Shown here one piece after another: positions 48,373 to 60,518 of a stretch of 64,000 nt of DNA. The DNA is from Puccinia triticina (Eukaryota), in NCBI GenBank assembly GCA_026914245.1, contig CP110439.1:4650001-4714000 (forward strand), written 5' to 3'. Made by a program: the position numbers and the translations under genes. Positions within the stretch are counted from its first letter, which is position 1, and each line of letters opens with the position of its first letter. The notes below the pieces were generated by a model. That model made no database searches. It was given only the letters and a program-made list of their open reading frames with translations, and was not told the DNA's origin.

Positions 48373-51300
48373 ACATGAGAAAAACTTTTGATTTTTCACA
48401 TTTTTGAGTACTACTCCGGTATAGACCGGTGTGGTGTGCTGTGCCTGTTGCAATGCCAAAAGCACATATGCAAAGGTATTGTGATATTACATTCACATAA
48501 ATGTGAAACCCATTATACAAGGATGAGGCAGTCTTACACAACAGTCACAACATTTACGTACATACACCCTTTGGTCACCCCGGCGGATTGGACGGAAGAA
48601 TACACAAAGGAGACACAAGGACGGGGAAGGAGGAAGGAGGGAGGACCAGAGAGAGGCTTTGAACCTCAAATCCTGGAAAGGAGGAGTATTCTAGTTGGGT
48701 GCAGAGTGCATGGAAGTTGGCTTGGTTACATAGCAACACATTCTGAAGCACTGTGAAAAAAAACTCAAGAAACTGCTGTCAGTTGACATGCAGCATACTC
48801 AAGCTCATTCCTAGTTGGTACCAGGCTCATACAATTGAATCCCAGGTGGTTCACCCTGGACAGCGCAGGGTATTTACGTTACGCTACGCTATCCGCGTGA
48901 TATGTGTAACATAACTTCTCTCGTTATCTGCTGCAACCCATTACGTTAGTAGTAATGGGTCACCAATTGGATATCTTGTTAGCGTAACGGAGACTTTTGC
49001 TGTTCTTTCCCAGTGGGTCTTTAAAGTAACTGAGAGTAACACCTTGTAATGTGGATAACACGTCGGAAGGCCTGTATTACCCCTTTCTTCGGTGGTGTTT
49101 CAAAAAAAAAACCTGTAGCTTGCGCCGTGGGCTTGCCTGACCCACAGCACCCCAAGGTTGAACACCCCTGGGCCCTATCCTCGCCATTTCCCCTCCCTTT
49201 CCACCAAACCAACCCTACCCATCAGAAAATGTCTTCGCCATTGCGCCCGGGAGTCAACAGCCGGCAGAAGAAGCTGAAGATAATGGTGCTCAAAGCAACC
49301 AGTCACAACTGTGTCAGTCTAGACGTGCATCATTGGCAACAATTGCGCCAAATATGATCCCTACTTTGTCAGCTTATCGACTACAAATCACCAAACTGCC
49401 GGGACAATCTCGAAAAAGGCATGTGCTTCCTTCTTTGGAATCTGAGCAGTCAAATACAAATGGAAAAACAAAAAAGAATAGAAAAAGTGTTGCTAAGAAA
49501 CCTCTCAAGTTGCATTTGTGAAAGCTACAAGCGGCACCAAGAAAATTACTCTGCATCAGAAGACCTCAACAAGCCAGAGAAGTCTGCGGCGGAAAAATCA
49601 TTAAGAAGCGTGTTTTATTTATGAGCTCTGTCTCTGTTTAGAATATAACTGACAGAGTGGCTGCTTTATTTTGGGAAAAAATCCGACTGCGGAGCGCGGC
49701 AGCCTTCTTTGTCCGAGCGCACTTCCCCTTGCTCTCCAGTTCCCTCCCCGCGCTTGCGCGCGGAGTGTGGCCTACTGAGTTTACGCGTCTTGGACTCGGC
49801 CCACCTCCCGCTTTGCTCCCGGTAAGCACCCATCCAATCTGCTGCCACGCGGTAGGCTCTTAGGCAGGCCATGGATAAATCCCTGGCCGTTTGTTGGTTT
49901 ACTTGTTTGACAAATCTGAAAGGTCCTTGCCTTTCTTATTTCTTGTCTAGAGTGACCTGGAAACTACCATTGTAGTTCCCCGAGCCGCTCAAGTATGGGA
50001 TAAGGGGAGAGGATCCCTCTCCTGATTCATACTCCGCAGAGTGTATCACGAGGCGGGTTCTGGAAGTAGAAAGAGTGAGAAGGTATGCTTGACCTACTAC
50101 CCTAGCAGGTAGTGTGTCGCAACCTCTTGTGAGATCCTCTAGCACAAAGGTCTGAGCCCGACCCATAACTCCAGGGCCTGGAGCCAGCTCAGACCTAAAG
50201 CTCGCCCTTATCCTTGGTGAAACCTGTCTGAGAATCGCCCATCACTCCAGGGCCGTTCCTTAATGAGCGCTCTCTCTCGGTGCTTCTTCCTTACACGCCA
50301 CAATTTCTTGGTGATAGTGCATTGCTAGAAACCCATTCATGTCTTCCTTAAATTTAGTCCTCCTCTGTCGTTTGTGTAATTAACAGCTCTAGGTCTCGTG
50401 GGACCTCTATCCGTAGCTGGTCTCCCCTTCGGTGTCCAAGTCTAATCCCCCTAGAAAGTGTGTCGGCCCGGTTCTCTGCCGATGTCACCCTTTTTGCCAC
50501 TATGTTTATTTCGAATTTGATGAGCAGCTTTTGAATCTTTTTCCATTCCTTGTTCACGAATTGGTCTTTCGATTTCCGCTTCAAGATCACGCTTTCAGTG
50601 GTAGTGTTGTTGGTCCACACGATGAAGGTCTTACCCTTCCATGCCCCTAGTTTCAGTAACATTGCGAGTCCGAGCCGTACCGCTACGGTCTCGAGCCTCG
50701 AGATCCTCTCTTCTTCTAGCTCGCCTTCAATATCTCTATCCAACTCGTCCATAGATCGAAGTCGGAATTGAGCCCATCTCCGTCCTATCAGTACTCCAAT
50801 TCCATAGCTCGTCGACGCGTCCCCCACCCATCCTATTTCTGTTGGTTCTTGACGCGCAATGAGCCTTGTGTGAGTGAAGTTGTTGAGTGTTGTTAGCCAC
50901 GTGTGCAAGTCTTCTTCCGCGTCTTTTGGTATTGTGCATTTCCGTTCCTTGTGTACCCAATCTTTCAGCCATCGGTACAAGCTACATAGGTAGCATCTCA
51001 GTTGTGGTAGCATATAGGAGACGTGATTCAACCGCCCCGCGATGATCTCCACTTCTCCATACGAAAACGACGCCCCAATCTCCAGGAAGTACTGGACTTG
51101 TCTGATTTGTTTTGCTAACTTCTCTTCCGGTAAGCGCACGGTTTTGTCGGTACCGTTCCAAATAAACCCAACATACTTCTGTTTGGCTAGGAATGGCGAG
51201 TATTTTTCTTTGTTCGTTTTTACTCCTAATTTGTCTGACCTTGCTACTACCTCCGTCATGAGCGTCGGGGAGTCTATCTTCTTCACGAATAGGTTATTGT

Positions 51301-51598
51301 CCACCCACCGGAAGATATTCACCACGTTGAATTCGGCTAGCATTATCTTCTTCCAGGCATCCGCCGGCCGCCCGAAGGAACCACACCCTGCAACCCCGCC
51401 AAAAGTGATTCGCGTATCCAGTAAGATTCCGTCGTTGAAATCCCTTACCATTAAGTATGGCCATTGATCTGGGGCTTTTGGGATTTGGCAATATGCCTTT
51501 TCCCAGTCGAAGAGGGCCAAAAGGACCGGTTCTTTTTGGTTCTTGAGAAAACTTGCTAAAGCTTCGAAATTGTCCCAGGTCGTTTCGAAGTCGCCCGC

Positions 51599-54500
51599 TG
51601 TGGAACTACTGAACAAACAGAAAAGAGCTTGGAGGGGAAATAGACAACTACACTAGTAATAATGTAGGTTGAAGCTAAGGGTGCTGTTGAGGCTGCCCTC
51701 CTATCTAATGCTGGAGTTGGTGAGAGTTACACTAAGAAAAAGAAGAAAGAAAAGGGTGTGGCTTGAGTTCTACTAATCCTTAGTGAGGTCTAGAATAAGG
51801 AGTTTATGTATATCAATCAATGTCTAGTTGGAATACCACAAGCTTGAGGATGAGGTGAGTGGAAATGAGGGTTGTGAGCAAAATGTGCAAAGGAAGAGAG
51901 GTTGAGAGCAAAGTCTGCAAGTGATGAGAGCTATACTATGGGGGGGGATAATCCAAAATAAACCAGCATGAGGGGGAAGTACAGCAGCTGAGGGGAGTTT
52001 ATAAGTGAAAGAAACCACAGGGGGGGTACAAGGATGAGCACAGACATGGGAATTCTGGCTATGGGAAGAAAGACTGTACAAATGGGGAAGGTGATGTGAA
52101 AATAGTAACAGCTTGTAATGATGAGCACTACTGAAAGAGGTGAGCACAGATCCAATGATGCAATGTGTACAAATAGGGATAGTACATAATGAGAAATGTC
52201 TGTAAAGGGTTTAACATGTGAGAAAATAACTGTAAGAGGAAAGTACTGTAATGATTTAAGTCAGTTACTAATGAAATGAGTGTTGTAACTAATGAAGACT
52301 GTAGGTTTTCTGTAAATCTTATATCCTTTATAACTATTGAACCATTAAAGATAAAGGGGTACTATGTATGAGTGACTATAAGTGAAATGAGGCGTAGAAT
52401 CTGAATATGTAATAATAATGGGTTATTTGTGAAGGGTTGTGGGATAATAGGCAGTGCAATGATGAATATATGTAAAAGAAAACATTAAAATACTACTTAT
52501 GGTTTGGAATGGAGCACCACATCCTCCCCCAACTTATTGTCTGTCCCCAGGCAATGCACCAAAGAGAAGAGTGATCCAGAAAGAGTTGAAGAATGTTGAG
52601 TCTAAGAGTCCAAGGTTCAAAGTCCAGTGTTCTTCCTCCAAAGGGTGAAATCCAAAGTCCTGAGTAGTAGTCCAAATCCAGAGTCCAGTGTCCAAAGCCA
52701 ATAGAGTCCAAGTATAATCCAAGTCCAGTATATCTGAGTCCAAGGTATCCAAGTCCAATCCAAAGTCCAATAGTCCTATGTATCCAGAGTATCCATAGTC
52801 CAGTATCCAATCCAAAAAGTCCAGTTTCCAAAAGAAGGTCCAATTATCAATGAGGGGTGAATGTTTGAGAAGATCTAACTCTGCTGAAGGCAATATCCTT
52901 GAGACAGACACATATTAGACTAAATTCCACTCTGAAGAATACAATAATTTTCCTGCCTGACAATGAGACCAAGGAAGAATGCAATGCAATGATGATGAAT
53001 GATGGGGTTGATAATTGTAATTTCTGAAGGTTGTGAATGATTTGGAGTTGAATGACTGAATTTCTGAGTATCTGACTATATAGTGTAGAGTTCTGTGAAG
53101 AGAATTTGAAGTCCAGAGAGGTTGATAAGTTGTCCAAAGAATATTCTTGCTCAAATTGGGTGGTTTCTGAGCTGCAATGTGTTGGAAGAAATTGATTATA
53201 AGGGTGAATGAATGAATGGTTGGACTGTTGGTTGAATAATTCCTAGAATACAGGGTGAAGATGATGATGAAATTCCAGTATTGTGGTGGTTGGATGTCCA
53301 GTAATTGCTATAAGATGGTAAGGAATGTTGATGGATGGATGGATGATGATGGGGAATGAATGATGGATGATGGATTGATTGATGGGGGAATAATTGGTCC
53401 ATTTGATTGGTTGATTTGATTTAATTCATGATTGTGGAAAAGTTGAAGGTGAGGTTGATGTCTGAATGATGTGAAGTGAGGGAATAACCTGGAAGATATG
53501 ATGATGAAAATATTCTGAAGGGAAGAGGATGTGCACAAGAGGGAGTTCAATCCTGAAGTCTGGGACAGATTGAGAGGGGATCCGGGCGCGCGCCTCCGAA
53601 AAGAGAAGGATGAGTTTGTACAGCGCCTACATAGTACATCGTTTATGAAAATAATTTGAACCCTAGATCATTGAAGAATTGAGATCAATGCACATTTAAA
53701 GACGTAATAATGTATTCGAGAAGTTGGGTGGAAGATTGTAGTCGCCGGCTCCAAAGATTTGCTACATAGAGATCCATGTTGTATTAACTGAAGAAAAGGA
53801 AACTAGTAATAGAGATCCAATCGCCACGAGGGTACCGCCGAGTCTGGTATTGGAAGATAGCCCGAAAGCTGAAAAAAAAGATGATCCAATAATATTTGTA
53901 CACATCCGGGTCGAACACCGGCGTCGAGAACAATAAGGATGAGGTCGAAAGCCCGCGCAAATGGAAACTGATTGAGTAAATATTGAGCAATGAGAATAGA
54001 TGAAAAGGTTTCCGGATCGTGTACCGGCGTCGATGGAATAACTTCAGGCCTGATTCATTCGAGAGCTGAGATCCTAGCGCATCTAATGATCCAATAATAT
54101 TCTTGAAATGTTGAGGGTAAAACCGTTGCCACGAGCTTGGAAGATATCCTACACAAACGATCCAAGCTGTACAAAAGCAAAAAAAGAAAAACTATTGCAG
54201 AACACCAATCTGAGAGAAGGTAACGCCGAGTCCGGTATCAAAAGATAGAGCAGAAGCTAGAGGAAAGATGGTCCAATAGTTTCTTTACATATCCGGGTCG
54301 AACACCGGCGTCGCATCTGATATGGTGGAAAGCAAAATTTGAGTAGAAACAACCTCTTTGGGAGAGATCTGATTGTCGAAAAGACACTGGGAGAAGTCTG
54401 AGAGTCCAAAAGAAAGATTAATCCATACCGGGTTATGCATGAAGGCAGGTGGTCCATGAAGACAGGAACTTGAGCTAGTCCAAAGAGTTTGAGGTATGTA

Positions 54501-56908
54501 CAACGAGTCCGGTGTCGAAAGAAGCATCAGTTGACAGTAGCAATCCGGGTCGTACACCGGCGTCGAAAGCAGTAAAAGAATTATGTCGAAAAAAAACCCG
54601 CGCAGACGAGATCTTTGGACAGCCATGAGCAGTAAAGTGAAGGAAAAGCTTCCGGATCGTGCACCGGCGTCGAAGAGAGTACATGAACGCGGTCGAACCA
54701 AGCATCGCTAGCAATCCGGGTCGTAAACCGGCGTCGAAGAGAGTACAGGAAAGCAGTCAAGGTTTGAAGGAATCCGGGTCGTTCACCGGAGTCGAAAGTA
54801 GCTTAAGTCAGTTGTGTCTTAACACCGGCGTTGAATTCTCCCTAAGTTTTATCGGAGCGAAGTACTTGTCTCCTTTGGAATCTGAAAATGACAGCGACGG
54901 GCCGAACGATTCTTTATGCTGTAGCTTGGCAGGGAAGTCGTCCAGGAATGTTTTGCCGAGTATCAAAGGTCCAATCCTGTCAGTAACCAAAAAGGAGGTA
55001 ACGCTGGATACCTTTCCAAGTGATACGGTGGCAGCGGCTATCCCATTGACCTCGATGTAATCACCCGGCCGCGTTCCTGATATGCGAAATCCTCGACGGC
55101 GCACATCCAAACCAACCGTCCGAGCCTTGCCTTCCGTGATAAAATTGAAGATCGAATTCGAATACACCATCGCTTCGCAATGTCGTTCGTTCACCCTGAG
55201 TTTGAGAGATCCAACGTAGGGGAGGTCATTGGTGAGGTCCACCTGATCCGTAGCTGTACTCTGATCCAATAACGGGGCCGGGGTCATGCTGAGGTTTTCC
55301 AGTGTATCCGTTCCTTTGCGAACTCCACCCGAAGCAGGAGATTGATTGAGGGAAGCCAAAGAGGAGGAACAGGTGAAAGATTCAAGGGTCCGAGCAGCAA
55401 CTAAACATTCAACTACACTTTTAACAGACCGAGATAAATCTAAAGGGATGTAGGAATTATCTGAGAGCCATATGCCAGTGTTGCTAGTTTTTCTAATTAA
55501 TCCTTTCCGCTTATCATAAGTGACTATATGGCACCTGGAGATGGTGTGACCTTTCTGGAAGCAATATAAACATTTATAATTCTTTGGTTGCGGACTATTT
55601 GAGGAATTAGTGGCTGAAAAAGGTTTCCTCAAGGTTTCAGGATGATTTTTTTGATTCTGAGGAATGGGGTGAAGAGGGAAACTGGCCATGATGGAGGGAG
55701 AGGGAAGAATTTAAATGGAGATCTTTGATGAGAGGGATGGAGTAGAAGGTATTTTGAAGGAATTTGATGAGGGATAAAAGGATTTGAATGAAGGACTTAG
55801 GTAAGAAGGGTGTGATTGTGATTAATGATGTGGATTTACAGCCAAAACTAGAGGTGATGATAAAAATCTTATGCTAGAGGTGTATGAGACTGAAGAATAA
55901 GAAGGAAATCAGGCCACTGTTGGGACACCACTTGTGGAACTACTCAAAGGGCAGAATAGAGCTTGGAAGGGAAATGGATAGCAACAGTAGTAATAATGTA
56001 AGCTATGCAAGGGTGCTGATGAGGCTGCCTTCCTGACTAATGCTGAGGGGATGAGAGTAACACTAAGAAAAAGAAGAAAAGGTGTGGCTGATTTCTACTT
56101 GATCTTAGGAGCTAGTACTATGAGCTTACTACTGACTACTGGGGGTGAGAGGGTTGGAGGAGTGATGAGAAAGGGGAATGCAATTGGTAATGATTCAATA
56201 GCAATGGGTTGATGAGAATGGGCACTATAATTTCTGTATCTAAAATTCTGTATAAATTCTGCATATAGTTCTCTGCATGAGGTACAAGTGAGGGGGGAAG
56301 GACAGTTCTTATATGAAGGAGGGATGAGCACAGACAGTGGAGGCATTCTGGCTATGGGAATAAAGGAATGTACAAATGGGGAAGAGTGATGTGAACATAG
56401 TAACAGTATGTAATGATGAGCAATGCTGAAAGGGGAATGCTGGTTATGGGAATAAAAGAATGTACTAATGGGGAAGAATGATGAGAACATAGTAACAACT
56501 TGTAATGATGAGCACTACTGAAAGAGGTAAGCACAGACCCAATGATGTAATGTCTACAATAGGTATAGTACATAATGAGTAATGTATGTAAAGGGTTTAG
56601 TATGTGAGAATATATATGTAAAAGGAATAAAATGTAATGATTCAAGTAAGTTACTAATGAAATGAGTATTGTAACTAATGAAGACTGTAGGTTTTCTGTA
56701 AGTCTTATATCCTCTATAACTACTGAACCATTGAAGATAAGGGGGTACTATGTATGAGTGACTATAGGTGAAATTTGACGTAGAATCTGAATAGGCGATA
56801 ATAATGAGGTATTTGTGAAGGGTTATGGGGGAAATGGGTAATGTAATGATGAATATATGTAAAGGAAAGCAATAAAATACTACTTATGGTTTGGAATGGA
56901 GCACCACA
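51599..56908 (-). mobile_element. Non-autonomous Gypsy-type LTR element, 4-bp TSD CCGC
   Basis: LTRs at 55933-56908 and 51599-52521 (TGTGG...TTCCACA). PBS-like TGGTGTCCCAACAG and PPT AAGTTGGGGGAGGA as in 27117-43656. Confidence 0.9.
54808..55689 (-). pseudogene. Truncated Gag zinc knuckle plus degenerate aspartic protease
   Basis: CLYCFQKGHTISRC and LILGKTFL; the catalytic DSG position reads YSN. Confidence 0.7.
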
Positions 56909-57559
56909 CCGCGTCTACAAAGAAATTTACCAATGGAATTCCTGCTCTGCCGTGTGGGAAGGACAAGTCGTTTATTGGACGCAGAGAACCATCTCCGTTC
57001 ACAACCACTCCCAGTGGGTTAGTCTGGAAGAATTCAAACTTCTCGGCTACTTGGTCAAAGTTAAAGGGGCCGAACATCCTTTTGGCCTTCAGTTCTTTTT
57101 GAATTGATTGTTCAATCTTCTCTTTTGCAATCATCGCAGATGCGTGATTTGGAGGGGCGTAGAAAGGGACATTCCCAGGCAGCCGGTGATGCGGGATTCC
57201 TTGGTCAAACCCGTTCCTGAAACCGTCTATCACGTCTTGGTATTCGGGTAGCAGGTTAGCTTTTGCAAGCGCTGCTTCCCACTTCTCTATGTCCATCTTG
57301 CATGTCACAGCAATGGGCCATTCCAAATCAGTCGGTCTGCTTAAAGACTCCCGCCTGGGTAACAATGTCCGTCTCTTGTCTCTTCTCACGGATGGGCGTT
57401 GCTCATGCTCACTGTTAGGCAAAGGTATACCCAAAAAAAAAAGGTACTTAAGTCACTATGCCATCCACGATTCTCGATTACTTGGAATGCAAACAAGAAA
57501 GGGACGGGGACGGGCTATGCCCTTAGTCCGTAAAGACAAACTTATAGAAAAGTAGCTAA

Positions 57560-60518
57560 CTAATAATTTTTGGACTTGTTATACCCCCCGCTGCCTCCCG
57601 CGCTTCCATTTCCACTCCCACCCCCGCTCCCACCCGTGCTACCTCCTCCGCTCCCGCCTTGGGAACCTCCCCCGTCTTGGTCGCCTTGTGTCGAGTTCCA
57701 CCAACTGCCCTTGTAGCCTCCTTGCAAGGGTGCAACCGCTGCGCTACGGAAAGCGTAGCGCAGCGGTTTTCTCTGTTTGCTGCGCTGCGCTATGTGCAGC
57801 GCTTGGGCCGCTGCGCTAAGCGCTGCTGAAAGTCACTGGGGAAAAATACTTGATTTCAGCGCGCTAATCAGCGCAACAATTAGCGGCGAGGCGCTGTTTT
57901 TAGCGGTAGAGCAGCGCAAATCCGCTAAAAAAAGCGGTAGCGCAGCGCCTACAAACCGCTAATCAGAATACAAGTGGGGTACAAAAAAAACCCAGTGAAA
58001 AAAAGGGAGGAGACAAGGAGAAATGAAAATAGCAGAAGTTAAAACGGATAGGAATCAAGAGAATAAAAGGAAATTTGTCGAAGAGGGGGCTACTTAGATG
58101 CAGCCTTAGTTGATTTGGTTGATTTTCTAGTTTTACCTTTGTACTTTTTGAATTTGGGGTTGGTGTGTGCCTGATCAATCAACGCTTGGCAATCTGAGAA
58201 ATCTCCGCCCATCTTGACGCCATGACGTAGCCACATGTGGCTATTGATGCAGCGCTCAATGGTGCGGATTGCCAATCCCGCTCTACCTGTGGAACATACT
58301 TTGAGTTTGTACAAAGCCGGGTTGGCTGCTTGGGGTACGGAGACGACTAGATTCACGGCGGGTGGACGGCGGCGGGTTATTCAAACTGCTGGTTGTATTG
58401 GGCAGAGTAGAGGGTGTTTCTATATCGGAGCCAGAGACAATTTCTACTGATCCAGCCATGATGTTTGTTCGTAATAGTATGTTGGTAACTAAATTCTATG
58501 TATATGTCCGGCAATGAGCGGAAACAAACAGTCAATGTGTTTTGGCGGAATTTATGGGTGCTGCGGCTGCAGCATACCTGCAACGTGGCAGGAGATTAGC
58601 GAGTGCTGCAATGATTAAGCGCTAGCTAACGCTAAATATAGCGGTTAGCGCACATGTAGCGGATTTCCGCTGCGCTGCGCTATTTATTAGCTTTTAGCGC
58701 CTTTTTTGGCGCTGCGCTACCGCTAACAGCTGTGGGGATTAGCACTCACGCGCTAAATATAGCGTTAACGTCAGCGGTTAGGGGTGGCGCTACCGCTACT
58801 TGGCCTGGGGATGTAGCGATAGACCGCTGCGCTGCGCTAAAAGGCCGCTTTTTTTAGCGCAGCGCAGCGGTTGCACCCTTGCTCCTTGTCTCTGAGGTTG
58901 GTTCGTACCACTGGGGCCCTTCGGAGTGTCTGGTCCAGGTTTTGAGTTACCTTTAGCCGTGTGATGCTGCAAGTGGAGGGGGGTTTTGGTCAAAGGGTCG
59001 TCCTTTTTTGCTGGGGGTTGGCCTGTCGTTGGGTCCCAGCCGAAGCGACATGCCCCTGCTGCGTATGGGTTGTCCGGGAAGTCTGTCTCCCCGAACCTGA
59101 TTGCCTTAGCATGGACCGTCAGGAGGATCTCCTTCCTGAGGACGGAGAAGTTTGCGACTGATAGCGTCCTGTTTGGCAATGCCACTCGATGGGTCAGGGC
59201 GTTGTTGCGCACGTGGATGTCATATCTCAGCGCCGTCATATAACCTTCTCTCCAAATGATCATGTTGGAGTTCTGTTTATGAGCCACTAGCCAAGCTGCT
59301 AAGTTTGCGTGGGTAGGAATCTTCCGGACCGCCGCGAGGAAACCTTGATGGTTTATCGACCATTCTTGGTAAGTTTGGAGATATTTGCTGGGGTAGGGAT
59401 AACCCGTATACCGGTCAGTGTCCCCAGTGTCCGATTTTACCCTCTTCTCCGCAGTGTGTAAAATCACCTTATCCTGCCACGCCTCGTTGAAGATGGTTAA
59501 GGGTAAGGGGGCTCTAAACTCGACTAGTCGGCGTGAAACCCAAGTCGTCGTTGGTGGGGATAGCCGAATTGTCGAATATGACTGCTGTACCCGCTTGTTG
59601 AGGGTTGCTAGCCATCTCGTCTTAATCCCTCACCCGCGGAAGGTTGCGCGGGCTCGGGGTTGGAACCGTGAAGCCTGGGACCGACACGGGCAGAGCTGTT
59701 TCTCCGATAGTCTGATGTGGACGTGAAGAGGGGAAGGTGGTGGGATTGTCGATGATGGAGGAGAGGTTGAGATTGGGGAGCCGGGTGTTGTTGGCGATGG
59801 TGTTGATTGGGTCGGAGGGATGTCCTTCGATGATTGTTCCTCCCAGCCCAGCGCATATCTGATAGAATATGAGGGCTTGACCTGCCTGGCCTTTCTCCGA
59901 CGCCCCTTTCGCCATCTTATCATGTCCAGCATCGCTCCTTGGAGGTCGTGCTTCCCGTGCTCCGCTCGTGAAGTCCTGGGTGAATCCCTCCTGATATCCA
60001 CAGGATCATCTGATAAACGTGGTAAGCGTTGCAGACGATCTCAGCTCCCTCTCCTCTATCCTTCCCCCATCTTTCCACAATCACTCGTCCAAATCGGAGG
60101 GTTGCTTACCTGTTCCTGATCCTTGTGCCTCTTTTTCTGTTCCTCCCTTCGCTACCTCCCACAATTCCCGTCCTATATCTTCCCCTCCTGCCTGCTCCTC
60201 CTCGCTCCTTCCCTTTCCCGTCTCGGCTCCTCCCTCCCCTCCTTCCGGGGCCTTCGACGATGAACGAGTTGCGATCTTCCTGGTTGACGCTTTGGCGATG
60301 GTGACTTTCTTAGGCTTCTTGGGTGGTACCGCTTGCTGGATGTCTTGCCCGATGCCCTGGGTGGTTCCCTCTTCTTGCTGTTCCTCCTGACCAGTCTGCG
60401 GCCTTTGATTTTCACCTGTCCCATTCGAGCGTTCTGCGCCTTGCGACCCAGGCGATGACGGTTCCATTCCTGCTGCTTGTTTCACGGCTGCCGTGGTTCC
60501 TGCAATGAGATTGAACAT
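57560..60518 (-). pseudogene. DIRS ORF1 (gag-like), fragmented
   Basis: Lies upstream of RT; ORF pieces 60081-60518, 59622-59915 and 58796-59467 (YTGYPYP...ALRYDIHVR). Boundaries are approximate. Confidence 0.65.
57725..58881 (-). mobile_element. 1157-bp hAT deletion derivative, 7-bp TSD CTCCTTG
   Basis: TIR CAAGGGTGCAACCGCTGCGC; residual dimerisation-domain coding sequence CSTGRAGL...CINSHMWL. Confidence 0.92.

Larger units (their letters stand above)
46395..48415 (-). mobile_element. Truncated LTR of the 8322/43834 family carrying nested insertions
   Basis: 46395-46544, 46736-46857 and 48373-48415 align with about 8800-9119. Confidence 0.65.
50354..57434 (-). pseudogene. DIRS-type RT/RNase H, split by an LTR element (56909-57434 joined to 50354-51598)
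   Basis: GFDQGIP...RPINDLSFP...FVDA|GDF...FDWEKAY...TFGGVAG...WVDNNL; RNase H VGDAS...LETVAV...ADTLSRG. Confidence 0.9.

Noticed and set aside
48426..48545. Possible further TGTGG-starting LTR preceded by CCGG
   Set aside because: No matching right end or second TSD copy was found, so it was not counted in the CpG-target set.
53580..54835. Repeat-spacer pattern as a CRISPR array
   Set aside because: Spacer lengths are very irregular, repeats are degenerate and there are no cas genes; kept only as a motif finding.
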